From Chiloscyllium plagiosum (taxonomy: Eukaryota), in assembly GCF_004010195.1 (NCBI RefSeq), contig NC_057731.1, forward strand, positions 31,412,120-31,476,119: a stretch of 64,000 nt of DNA, given 5' to 3'. The notes under the pieces are model-generated. The model saw only the letters and a program-made list of their open reading frames with translations, had not been told where the DNA came from and ran no database searches. Position 1 is the first letter of the stretch; every line of letters begins with the position of its first letter. The position numbers and the translations under genes were made by a program. Positions 39,155 through 51,915 of this stretch are shown here, piece by piece.

Positions 39155-39943
39155 GAAATTAAGTAAAAGTCACCCAGGAAAAGTTAGATTATTAAATTTT
39201 TACCTAGATTATTAAATACACAGTCTAACTCCTGAGTAACTATTTAACAGCAACTATGCTTATCTTATTTACCTGCCTCACAACTACAAACCCCCAGACC
39301 ACTTACAGCCCCCAGACTCTGACCCACCATCCTGCAGAACCTGACCTCCCAATTCCACCCTGGAGTCTGACCTGAACTCTCTGCTGGACCTGGACTGACC
39401 TGACTTGACTCCCTCTCCTACTGGACCTGACCCAACACACCTTGCGTCAGACTGGACCCAACTGGATATCCAAGTAGACCCAACTTGTTGATATTCCCCT
39501 GCCTTGGATGTGACTCAACACCCCCACCCTCACTCTCAGGCAGACCCAATTTCTTCCACTCTCCATGACGCTGCATCACTTATCTTGCCATCTGCACCTT
39601 GACACCTATCCTCTTCCAACTCAGCATCCTGCTCATCTGGCACCCTTCCCTTTGTCCAACTGCAATCCTTCTATTTGGGAGTTTGTTGTTTACACATTTG
39701 GCATCCTTCCCCAGCCACACCACTCCCTCCACAGCTGGCACCATTTCCAGCATTCTACTTACCTCGCACCTCAACAGCCTACTCACCTGACACTCTTCAC
39801 TCCCAGGACCTAACATCTCATTTACTTCATGTTGTTATGATTTGACAGCAGCAGTTGAAGTGGTTCTGTAGACCTTTAAATGTCAAATTACGACAGCTGT
39901 TTGCTGTGAAAAGAGGTTTTGTGTCTGCCTTCCTCTGACAGCT

Positions 39944-39977
39944 CTTTAATTCTGACAGAGAACTGTCAGAATTAAAG
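39944..39977. repeat. perfect 15-bp hairpin with 4-nt loop
   Basis: ctttaattctgacag-agaa-ctgtcagaattaaag. Confidence 0.9.
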
Positions 39978-40574
39978 TCCCACATTTCTGAAGGAGCCTG
40001 ATCGGAATCTCCTCTCAGAAATGTGCAGCTCCCTTCTTAATTATAATGGAAGCGCCAAAATGGTAACCTGCGTGAGATTGTCACTCCATAGAACATCTGG
40101 CCCAAACTTTCCCTGTAGCATCCATGTTGGCACAGCTGTCACTACTCAGAATTAACTTGTGATGGAGCACAAGTCAAGTGCAAAGGTGGGTCAAAGCTCT
40201 GTAAGAGGTACTTTTGTCAGAACATATGTATAAACTTTGCCTGGAACAAAGGAAGTGGCTGGAAGTCTGGACCCCTTTTATGGAAGCTCAAATGACATAA
40301 GTATGTCTTCTATAGACCAGAAAGAAAGCCATAGTTATGCTATAAAGGAATAATCCTCAAACAAACTCCATGAGAGATAGTATCCAAACTCTACAACTTC
40401 TCTGATAGATCCCTGATCACTGAAAAGAGGACTGTCACCAGAATTTTTATAATCGCCCAACAATGACTGATCCCAGAAATTACACAGCCCTAAAATTGTC
40501 AATCTATTAATGTGTTACTCTATATATCTCTCTAAGTATCTTACTTTGAACTGCCTACTGACCACTGAATATAA

Positions 40575-41915
40575 ATACAGGAACATAGTAACATTGGAAC
40601 AGGAGGAGGTCATTCAGCCTGTCAAGCCTGCCCCATCATTCGATATAATCATAGCTTATTCAACACTTGAATGCCTTTACCCAATCCTTCTCCATAACAC
40701 TGTATGCCATGATAATCTGAAATCTCTCAATCTTTAAATATACTTAGGATTGTTATTCCATAGCCCTCTGTGATTGAGAATTCCAAAGGTAGACACTCCA
40801 ATGAGTTAAAAAGTTCCTCCTCATCTTGGATCTAAAGTATCCCCCTTATGTAAATTATGCCTCTTGATTCTAGACTCCTCAACCAGATGAAACATCTTAT
40901 TTGCATCTACTCTGTCTATCCTTTTAAGTATTTTGTAAGTTTCAATGAGATTATCTCTCATTTTTTAAAGATTAAGAGAATATAGACCCAGATTGCCGAT
41001 TTCTCTTCATTGGACAGTCCTGCCATGTTGGGAACAACTCTGGTAAACTTTAATTGGACTCAAAGTTTGTGCGAAGATTTGTAGCTCGGATGCTCGTTGT
41101 TGGGGTTCTGTTCGCCGAGCTGAAAAAAAAACTTTAATTGGACTCCCTCTTGGGCAACAACAATTTTCTTGAGATAAGGAACCAAAACTGCACACACTAC
41201 TTCAGGTGTAGTCTGACCAAGTTCCTCTCCAACTGAAACAAGATTTTTCTGGTTCTGTACTCAAGTCCTTTTGCAATAAAGGCCAACCTTCTATTAGCCT
41301 TCCGCACAACTTGCTGCACTTGCATGTTAGCCTTCAATGATTTATCAACAAGCATACCCATGTCTCTTTGTAACCTATGCTTTCCAACTTTTCTCATTTT
41401 AAGAAATATTCTGCATATTTGTTTCAAAGTGTTTCAATGTTTTTCCACATTGTATTTCATTTGCCATGTCTTTGCCTATTCAGAAAGCCTGTTCAAATCC
41501 TCCTGGAACCACTTTACATATTTCTCATAACATAGATTTCTACTCAGCTTTGTGTTATCCACAAATTTAGAAATATTACATTTGATCTTCAGCTCCAAAT
41601 CATTGATATATATTGTGAACAACCGGGGACCAAATACTCATCCTTCTGGTCTCCACTAATCAATGCCAATGCAATAATGACCCCTTTGTTCCTATTCTAT
41701 TTTCTGTCTGTTAGCCAATCCTTGATACAGTACATGCCATGTGCTTTAGTTGTTCTAACCAATCAACGGAGAGGGGGTTGGAGAGATTGAACAAAACCCT
41801 TCTGAAAATCTGAGTATGCTACATCCAATGACTCTGCTTTCTCAATTTTGTTAGTAACATCTCCAAAAAACCTTCAACACATTTATCACGCATGATTGCC
41901 CATTTACAAATCCAT
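40575..41915 (-). mobile_element. old CR1 LINE 3' portion
   Basis: Minus ORF ...QRDMGMLVDKSLKANMQVQQVVRKANRRLAFIAKGLEYR..., with a 3' tail near 40556-40600. Confidence 0.8.
41062..41128. mobile_element. 67-bp Penelope terminus insertion with 17-bp TSD
   Basis: TSD aaactttaattggactc at 41045-41061 and 41129-41145. The body is homologous to the left end of the element at 57701. Confidence 0.85.
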
Positions 41916-41916
41916 G

Positions 41917-42185
41917 CTGAAAATGTGTTGCTGGAAAAGCNNNNNNNNNNNNAGAGGTCAGGAAGATGATTGCAGGTTAGGAAGGCGGTGCTGAGTTCGA
42001 GGGATTTGACTGAGACAAGGTGGGGGGAGGTGAAATAAGGAAACTGGAGAAATCTGAGTTTATCCCTTGTGGTTGGAGGGTTCCCAGGCAGAAGATGAGG
42101 CGCTCTTCCTCCAACCGTCATGTTGCCATGGTCTGGCGATGAAGGAGTCCAAGGACCTGCATGTCCTTGGTGGAGTGGGAGGGCT
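41917..42185 (-). mobile_element. Penelope-like fragment spanning an assembly gap
   Basis: aaatgtgttgctggaaaagc-N12-...gggttcccaggcagaagatgaggcgctcttcctcc, the same family as 25456-26358. Confidence 0.75.
41941..41952. other. assembly gap (12 N)
   Basis: Run of n characters. Confidence 1.
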
Positions 42186-43133
42186 GTAGTATGGATATAG
42201 TTAAGCATTGTTATCATTATGTACACCAGTTCTCATCAGCATTACTTACTTTAAGAAGGCCAGTAACAAACTTTTTGGCCTAATCATTTCCATTCGTCCG
42301 AGTCTGAAATAAAACACTTCTATGGCTATGGCAGCATTTGTGGAGAAACTAAGTTCATTTCCTCCATCATTCGTGACTGGGTCTTCAGGATCAGGGTCCT
42401 TCCTCTGGAGTTGTCATCTTTACTACTTTCACTCTTTATTCTTAGTTATGATTATCTGATACAGGGTGGCCACTGGGCACAGAGTTATCACTTATCACTT
42501 GAAATCATGGATACTTTTTTTCCTGTTATTGAGCTGAAGGTGCACAAGTTTTATTTCCATAGGATGGTGAGCAGACATTGAGTTAATTTGAATGCCTCTG
42601 GAAAAGAGCCACAATCTGAAGAAGGAGTGCATAATGTAATCTAACAACTCATCTTGAAGTTAAAATGCTAGCATTCTCAATTGTGCTCCCCATTTCAATC
42701 TTTGTTCTATTTGAGAGAAATTATGGGGTTTATGGGGTTTTGTTACTGAAATATGGGATGCTAGATTAATAAGTGCCTGATCTGCTGAGTTCAATAATTA
42801 ATCACATAAATTGAGCAGACAAAGTAATAATTATTTCTTTAATAATTATAATATTAGTTAAGATTCTGTCATTAAAAGATGTATCTGGCATATTTGTGAA
42901 CAGTGTTAGAAACAGGCTGTTTGGAACTTCAGTTTTTAATTTTTGATCTAAAGTAAGTATGTAAAAATTGAAAGCTGGCTTAACTGTATGAGAGTTGTGA
43001 CTGATGATAGCAATAGCATTGAATATCTTTATAATGTTGAACATTGAAGTTATATATTCTTTACTACTACTTAAAATAACTCAGATGCTTGTGTTTTTGG
43101 GATCAATTTGTTTTGGTTCTTATGTATAAATAG

Positions 43134-43235
43134 GAGCCGTGGTACCATTCGCAAATTGTTTCATACTGTGGATTTTATTTTGAACTCAAAGCTATTCAAG
43201 AAAAGAAAGGTTCCAATTGCAGTTTTTTCATGCAG
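43134..43235 (+). CDS. BTBD16: BTBD16 internal coding exon (102 bp)
   Basis: Acceptor aaatag| and donor |gtaagg. Reads EPWYHSQIVSYCGFYFELKAIQEKKGSNCSFFMQ, matching YS..IALYGFFFKIK...SYSFYMQ. Confidence 0.88.
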
Positions 43236-44679
43236 GTAAGGCAACAATCAAACTGATTTGGCCTTAAAAATACTGAATCTTGCTTAGTCCAGTTTGGAAA
43301 GTTTTCCCTTTGAGAGCAGCATTTTTATTTGTGTATTAAATTCCGAATGGAAACTGCAGGCAATGATATCTCTCATAAGATGCATTGTCTGCTTGCAAAG
43401 AAGCAAACTGGCATAATAATAAGGAGACTTTATTTTAACAGTACCATATAGTATGAGGTTTCTTCTATCACTATATATTTTAGAATGATGTCAAAAAGAA
43501 ACATTTAGAGGAACAAGAAACATACATGGAACTATGCATCAGATTAATTTTTCTTATCCACAACTAACTTCACAACACAGCTATGTTTCACAGGCAAATA
43601 AAGTGCTGTTTAATCATGTGTCTGGTCATCAGTACATTTAAAGGAAATGAATATAATTCACATGGACTGATAGCACATCCTTTGCAAACTTCTGATAATC
43701 ATTCCAAATGTAGGGTCAGAGTGAAGCTTTCTTAGTTATGTTGTAGTATTTGTTCCCAGATTAGAACTATCATTATTCATCCTAATAGAGGAAACATTCC
43801 TGACAACATGTCTTATTCTATTCCTACTGTGTAGATTTATTTGTTAATAATAAGCAGAGAGCTCTGGATAATGTAATAACCAAAATCTGCAGAATGTAGA
43901 CTGAGCATAGAAATAGACATAATATAAAATTATTCACTATTAGGCCAGACTAGACAGTAAAAGAATTTTCACCCTCTGACCTTAATGAATATATGGAACA
44001 CTGCCAATAAAAGTAATTGACCCTGTGACAATTCACCCATTTCAAGAGCTGGAAAAATATCTTTTAGGAATGCAATTCGGTTACAAGGAGAAGTCTACAT
44101 GATTGATTGAATGTATGTATCTGCAGTCATACAGCTGTCAGGTCATCGTAAAAGATGGGCTGTGAGGTTGCACAACTGTCCTGGAATTTAGCTTTACAGA
44201 GTTCCTTCGCAGAATTGCATGTTTAGTGTCTCTGTGGAGAAAACATTTTTGAAAGGTTGAGAGACCTTTTCCCATGTATTCTGAAATTAAAACCATGATT
44301 TCATATTTTAGGTCCAGTTTGTTGCATAAATTTTCATTAATTTCTTCCCCAATTCTTGAGTTATTTGCAAATAAACGTCATCACGAGCAGACGTAAGAAA
44401 AAGTGGAAGTGAAGACTGTGCAAAGCAGGGTGGGTTTTGAAGTATGATTATTGATAAAAGATCATTTTTATTATTGTTAATAAGTTGCATTAAAATTTTG
44501 CAGGAAAATCTATGGCACTCGAACAGAGATAACCTACATCGAAAAGAAATATTTTAGTTCAGAAATTCTTTTTAAATCAACCTATTTAGCTGTGTTATGC
44601 CATACTTCTGGAATATGTGGGGCCTGAACCTAGGCCTTTTGGTCCAGGAACTCTGAAATTACTTGGATCCATTTTATGT

Positions 44680-46150
44680 GAAAAGATGGAGGATCTTAAA
44701 ACAATAATGATCACTTGAGAAAAAGTACTAGGAAAGCTAATGTGACTAAAGGCTGACAGATCTCTTGGTCTGCATCCCTGGGTCTTAAAGGAAGAAACTG
44801 CAGAGATCATGGTTGCATGGGTTGTAATCTCACAAAATTCCTTAGATTCTGGAAAGGCATATCCCCAGCAAATTAAAAACCGCAAATGTGACATCTCTAC
44901 TCAAGTAAGGAGAAAAACAGAAAGCAAGAACTATACACCAACTAGTTTAGCATCTGTCATCAGGAATATGCTGAAATCCATTATTAATGAGGAGTAGCAA
45001 GAAAATAAAAATACTATCAGCATGGTTTTGTGAAAGATAAATTGTGCTTAACAAATTTATTAGACTTCTTTCAGAATCTAAAAGGCAGGGTGGATAAAGA
45101 AGAAAAATCAGATGTTGGACATCCAAATAATATTTGATAAGGTACCACATAAAAAGTCATTGTTCAAGATAGATGTTCATAATATCAGTGTGATACATAA
45201 CATGGATAGAGGTTTGGCTGACTAACAGACATATGTTTTCTGTTAGTTAGCCAAACCTCTATCCATGCTTATATACCACATTAATTCCAGAGAGAGAGAC
45301 ATACTGTAGCCAAATGTTCTGATAATACAAAGTGAAGTAGGACAATTATTAAGAGGACAGTTTGCAAAGGGATATAGTCAGATGGGGTATAAAGTGCGAA
45401 AATTTGAAGTTCTCCATTTTGATAAAAAGAACAGAACGGCAAAATATTATTTGAATGGAAAACGATTGCAGTAGTACAAACTTCTGGAAATATCTCTGGA
45501 AATGAATAGGAAAGGGAAAACATACATGTGCAGCAACTCATTAGGAAGGTAATTGAATTGTTGGCCTCTGTTGCAAAAGCAATTGAATATAGATGTAATT
45601 TTGTTACAATTGTGCAGGGTATGGTGGGAGTGCATCTGGAAAATTGTGTCCAGATTTGGTCTCATTATTTAAGGGATATATGTGCATTGGAAGTAATTCA
45701 GAGAAGGTTCATTAATCTGATTCTGGAAAAGAAAGTGTCATTGTTCGAGGAAAGGTTGAGCAGATTAGCATACACCCATTAGAGTTGAAAAGAATAATAA
45801 ATGACCTTGTTGATGATTCTGACTGGGGCTCGACCGAGTAGATGCTGGGAGCATGTTTACCTTTATGGGGGAATCGAGAACCAGGGATACACTTTAAAAA
45901 GTAAGGGGTTCCCTATTTAATACAGAGATGAGGAGGAATCTCAAATCTTAAAGGATTGTTACTCTTTGGAACTTTATTCATTGAATATATCCAAGGCCAA
46001 GTTAGATGTTTGATTGATAAACGTGATAATGGTTTTGTAGGCAGGCAGGAAAGTGGAGTTAAGGCCACAAAAAAATCATCCATGATCCAATCAATGTAGT
46101 GGAGAGGGCTTGATGGATCAAATGGCCTACTCCTGCTCCTATTTGGTATG
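44680..46150 (+). mobile_element. old CR1 LINE (RT to 3' end)
   Basis: Motifs NYTPTSLASVIRNMLKSII, QHGFVK and HLENCVQIWS...LEVIQRRFINLI. The tail is ggcctactcctgctcctatt. Confidence 0.8.
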
Positions 46151-47977
46151 CTCAAACATAATGCAGAAATATATAGCTTGGTTTCTGTGGCAAGCTTATG
46201 ACTTGGAAAGTACACCTGTTTTCCTGAAGAGTCAATTTGGTTTGCTGCTATGCTGAAACGTTAAAAAAGTGTCAAGAAAGAGCTTCACCAACAGGGTAAA
46301 TGCAAAATCACATCACCCCCACATCCTCTTGTTCTCCTCCTTATGTTATTATACAGAATATGAGCACGTTCATTTGGAAAGCAATCCCTGCTGCTCAGTC
46401 ATTCTGACTGTTTTTGTTAGCGGAGCATTGCAGTCTTAAAATTTTTAGGTATTCAGAGAATTACAAAGCCTTTGTTAAGTGTGGAGCTGATCTGAAGACA
46501 GATTTGATGTTTTTAAACTGTTATGAAAATCACTATTGAACTTCAGAAATCTCAGTTATGCTAGATGACTAGATGATGACGGCCTGAATTTTTGGATGTA
46601 ATTCAGTGACAACATGCTGCTCACAAAAATACAGAGGAAATTTGTGTAGTTTGGTCCTCTGCATGAGTAGTTGAACTACTTAAGTAAGTGATGGAGGGTT
46701 TTAGCAGGTGTACCTTGGAAGCAGGGCAAATAAAATCAAGCAAAATTTACACACATTGATGTTTCAACATAAAATCAATAAATCATAAATGCACAAATCC
46801 CATAAAAAGGTGACAAACCTTTGCTTTTGAAAGATAATTATGTGAAACATTTTCTCAAAGTTCCTCTTGTGTAGGAAAAAGACAACTGAAATTAAAATAC
46901 TAATTCAAAACCCCAATCTTAAGATGGTGGCAAAATTGTGATTTCAACTGGCTTATGTGTCTGTGTTTAAACCAGCAACTCAAGATACTTGTTCTGTTCT
47001 AGTTTTGCAAAGTTTAACCCCCGCCCCCAATTTAAGTAGGTTTCCAGCGTGCAAAAACATGTCCTGCTATCAGTTTGCTGGGATCAAAAAAGTTAGCAGT
47101 GACACCTCTTAATAAGTGTCAGCTCACCATCTAAGGGTGTGGCTGTTATTGTGGTACACACAATCTTTAATTATCTCAAAGCAAGAAAACACATTTGCCT
47201 TGCCACCTGTCACAGCATTGACATTTTTTCACACCGGATGAATATGTGGCACAGTAAATACCTTCAAGGTATTTCTGAACCTTGTCACATTGGATGGTGC
47301 TATTCAAAATTGGTATGAGAAATGGAAAATCCTGAAGAAAGGTCTTGATGGAAACAAATCTAAAGTCAAAAAATGGAAGGCACTCCAGAAAACAAATGCA
47401 TTAAGCAAGCCTAATTAAAACTTTGAATGACACACACACTGACCATCTCCATGCATGTAGTTAAATCACAAAGTTCTTTCTGCATAACATTATATGGAGA
47501 AGCCGACTGGTTAAAGCATTCTGAAATAAAGTAAAAGGCAGATATTTCAAAATGAGTAATTTAATGACCCTAATGAGGTTGTGCCAACTTAATTGTCAAT
47601 GGATATAAAAGTCTATGCTGCAAAAAAATTCACCAATAGTGTACAAATTTATAAGAGATTGTGGCCCTGCGGAGACTATGCTCTGGGTGTGGCGAAGTAT
47701 AAAATGACCTAGGAAGGGAAATCTCCAGGCTACAATAAGGAGACTACGGTAAATTTCAAAAATTCTCTGATTCAAAGTGACAGAAATTCTCATGAGTAAT
47801 TAATTCTAAGAAAGAAGACACTTGCCTTAAAATATCGTGGACCTGGATGAAGGGGTGAATTCTACAGCTCCCTGACTGGGCTATTTGAAAGCAGGAACAC
47901 ATAAAATAGCATGGACAGCAGGTCCATTATGTTTGCACCCACTCCCAACCTGCATCCACTATTAGAAATATTTAATT

Positions 47978-48265
47978 TTTCTGAAAAATGGCACATTTTG
48001 TCAAAGCTTTTCATCTTGAACTCATCAGGACGTTTGCAAGAGTACAATTAAAGAGCAAACATCATTTATATTGTATGAGAGAAGAGTGCTCATTGGTTGC
48101 CAAGTTGATTGTTAGAAGCGTTGCCATGTAGAATGCATCAATTTCTTGTGACTGACAGTTAACTACCAAACTTCATTTAGATTGTCAACCAGGTAGAGTG
48201 ATTTTGATTGATCAAGGCATTGCTCTGAGAAATAAAGCAGAAAGTAGCCATCATATATTTTGTTG
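47978..48265 (-). mobile_element. PLE-type terminus with hammerhead motif (family of 2267-2387)
   Basis: Minus strand reads gtcCTGATGA-gttcaagat-GAAA-agctttgac. Confidence 0.55.
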
Positions 48266-49087
48266 AGTTAAACAAGTTTTTAAAAGACAACAACTGGACC
48301 AATTCGAAGGCTGTTATTAGGCAGCTTTTTTCCTTGGCCTCAACACTCCTGCTATCCCTTTGTCTCAAAGTATTTAACTCACTGCACCAAAAAGTAATAT
48401 CAGCTTTTTTGTGTGTAGCTTATGTGTGCACTATGCAATGCCACTTGATCTTCAAATTGCAAAGAAGATCCTCTGCTAGTACTTTTTAGCTGTATTCAGT
48501 GTTCAACTTCTGTTTTCCAATTTACAGTACAAAACAAAAAAAAAGGTCCCTTACAGTTCCCATATGTGCAACTGCACCACATTGAAAGCCAGATTGATAA
48601 TCTCGATGTGGTTGTCAGCATAAATCTTTACACGTTTCGGATTATTTAGCAAATGATGTCGCTCACGGGGACACGTCTAATATTAGGCACTTGTTTTGAG
48701 TTTTGTAAGCACAGACTAGTGGATGGATTCAGTATCATGCATGTTGAGAACAGCCAAGGGGATGTGATATTTCATATGATCCAGAGTCTTTGGTACATAC
48801 TATCTATATACTTGACATCACAGCAGCATTGAAATTCTCATATGACTTTACTCATTTGGGTAATAGGCATAATGTCTTTTTGGCTTGATAGTAGCATGTT
48901 AGTGATAAACATCACTTGTGTTGCTACTGCACCGTGACAGCTTGAAGCAGCTTGCTTCACCTATTGATCAATTTTTTTCACATACCTTGCCCTTCCAGGG
49001 TAATCTGAGATGAACTGAGCGTTTTGCAGGACATTAGGGTCTTTCATCAGTTTGCGTGATATAATTTACTCATCTTGTCTTTTGAAT

Positions 49088-50530
49088 AGAGAACATAGAA
49101 ATGTACAGCACAGGAGCAGACCCTTTGGCCCATGATGTTGTGTAGAACGTGATGCCAAGTTAAACTAATCCCTTCTGCCTGCCCTTGGCCCATATCCCTC
49201 CATTCTCTGCATATTCATGTACTTATCTATAAGTCCCTTGAAAGCCCCTATTGTATCACCCTCCACCTCCACTTCTGGTTGCGAGTTCCTGACTCCTGCC
49301 AACTCCCTGTGTTAAAAAAACACATCAGGACTGCTGCCAACTCCCTGTGTTAAAAAAACACATCAGGACTCATCAGGATGTTTGCAAGAGTACAATTAAA
49401 GAGCAAACATCATTTATATTGTATGAGAGAAGAGTGCTCATTGGTTGCCAAGTTGATTGTTAGAAGCGTTGCCATGTAGAATGCATCAATTTCTTGTGAC
49501 TGACAGTTAACTACCAAACTTCATTTAGATTGTCAACCAGGTAGAGTGATTTTGATTGATCAAGGCATTGCTCTGAGAAATAAAGCTTCTTTGAACCTTT
49601 CTCATCTCATCTTAAATGCATGCCCTCTAGTTTTAGACTCTGGGAAAAAGATTCTGACCATCAACCCTATCTATGCATCTCATAATTTTATAGACTTTTA
49701 TCAAGTCTCCCCTCAGTCTCTGCCACTCCAGAGAAAACAACCCAAGTTTTTTCTAGCCTCTCCTTATTGCTCATACCTTCTAATCCAGGCAGCATCCTGG
49801 TAAACTTCTTCTGCATTCTCTCCAAAGCCTCCACATCCTTCCTGTAATGTGGCAACCAGAATTGAAAGCAATACTCTAAGTGCGGCCTGACCAAAGTCTT
49901 ATAAAATTGCAACATGACATTCTGACTCCTGTACTCAATTCACCGACCAATATGCCATATGTCTTCTTTACCATCCTGTCTGCTTGTGTGGCCCCTTTCA
50001 GGGAGCCATGCACTTGAAAGCTTTGTACATCAATGCTGTTCAGGGTCCTGCTACTAACTGTACACTTTTCCTTAATATTTGATCTCCCAAAGTGCAGCAT
50101 TTCACACTTACCCAGATTAAACTCCATCTGCCATTTCTCTGCCCATAACTGCAACTGATCTAAATCCTGCTATATCCTTTTATAACCATCTATGCTACCC
50201 ACAACTCCAACGAACTTTGTATCAACTACAAATTTACTAACCCACCTATCTACATTTTCACCCAAATCATTCATATATATCTGATACAGCAGAGGTCCCA
50301 GTACAGATTCCTACGCAACACCACTAGCCACAGACCTCCAGCATGATAAACACCCTTCCATCACTGCCCTCCACCCTCTATGGGAAAGCCAATTTTGAAT
50401 CCATGCGCCCATATCACCGTGGATACCATGCACCTTAATCTTCTGGATGAGCTTACCAGGAGGGACCTTGTCGAAAGCCTTACTAAAATTCATGTAGACA
50501 ACATCCTCTGCTCTACCCTCAACGATCACC
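49088..50530 (-). mobile_element. CR1 LINE 3' portion, interrupted at 49320-49586
   Basis: Minus ORFs VYMNFSKAFDKVP, WAEKWQMEFNLGKCEMLHFG and FYKTLVRPHLEYCFQFW. Confidence 0.9.
49368..49586 (+). repeat. 219-bp near-identical direct copy of 48020-48238
   Basis: Identical by eye apart from ggacg/ggatg. Preceded by a 37-bp tandem duplication (49296-49332, 49334-49370). Confidence 0.93.
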
Positions 50531-50739
50531 TAACAAGTCTTTCTTCCTGCTTTTCTTTGGCAGTCCTCTTACTGCATCTCATCATAGAAATAGTGGAATG
50601 GTCTGGCAGTCTACACTTTGAATGCTATACAAGCAGAATAATGCTTGAAACGCTAATTCTCCTCTTTTCCAGCACCATACTCTCAAAGCAGAATAATGCC
50701 AACTTTATTTGTAGTTTATCTAGTATAATCACAGGGGGT

Positions 50740-51915
50740 TTCACAGATGCAAGGAGGATAATAATGGCTACATGCAGACATAGAGTGGCTGGTGGAATTA
50801 GTGAATATGAGGTATGTGGAAGTTAATATGGAGAAGTGTGAAATGGTTCATGTTCAGAGAAAAAATGAGATATGATGATGTAAAATAAAGAATATAATTC
50901 TGTCAGGTTTGCAGGAGCAGAGAGACCTGTGTGCATACTCTTTTGAGTAACTAAATCAACAAGTAAGCAAATGATCAATCTGAAAGAACACTGTAACAAG
51001 AACAAAATGTGAAAGGAAGCTTACCAAATTAAATTGAAAGGATTTTTGTTAGGGGTCTGATGATGCCCATGTGAAGGCCAGTGGTTATTGAAGACCATAA
51101 GCATAACAGCAAACATCTTGTGCTCCCATTTTGGGTGGGACAAACTGGATGGCCAAAGGTCAGGAATATCGAACCGAAGCACAGCAAAAGCTTGGGGAGA
51201 AGCTTGCATAGATATTGCAATGGAGCTGCAACCTTCCACATTAAAATTAACCAATGCCTCAAGGTCACAGAAATTACAAGTGACCTGACAGAGTCCTGTG
51301 AGTATTTGTGCACAAAGTGTTGAAAGTGGCCAGACATATGGCTGAAAATGGCTGAAAAGACAAAAAGGATCTTGGCCATGTAAAAGCAAGAAAGTTAAGG
51401 TGAACCATTTATAGCGCTTGGAATAGTGTGTCCAATTTTGGGCTCCACATTTTAAGAGGTATGTGAAGACATTAGAGAGGGTGCAGTAAGATTTACAATA
51501 ATGCTTTCCAGGAATGGGGAACTTCAGTTACATGGATCGATTTGAGAGATTGAATTGTATTTTTCATGGACCAAAAGCTGAGAGGGGATTTGTTGAAGTT
51601 ATTCAAAATCAGGAGTGTTCAAGATAGAATAGATAGCGAGATACTGTTCTGTTAGTAGAAGGGGTCAGACACCAATTTAAGATGAATGACAAAAGCACTA
51701 AAGATGACAAAAGGAAAAACCTCTTTATGCAGAAGTTTTCAGGATCTGAAATGCATTATCTGAGAATATAGGAGAGGCAGATTCAAACAAAACTGGACAA
51801 TTATCTGAAGAGAAGAAAAATGATAAAGGTAGGAATATAGGACTAACAAATTGTATTTGCAGACAGCTGGTATGAATACAATGGATAGAATGGCCAGATC
51901 CTTGTTCTGTCATCA
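50740..51915 (+). mobile_element. old CR1 3' region with internal insertion
   Basis: Decayed NMEKCEMVH and LE*CVQFWAPHFKRYVKTLERVQ motifs, plus ctgagaggggatttgttgaag. Confidence 0.6.

Noticed and set aside
49291-49378. CRISPR-like repeat-spacer pattern
   Set aside because: Only two adjacent 37-bp copies with no spacers, in a eukaryotic context. A repair-associated duplication explains it.
51021-51389. Cluster of four overlapping ORFs
   Set aside because: No homology recognised. It lies within a decayed CR1 and is consistent with chance open frames.
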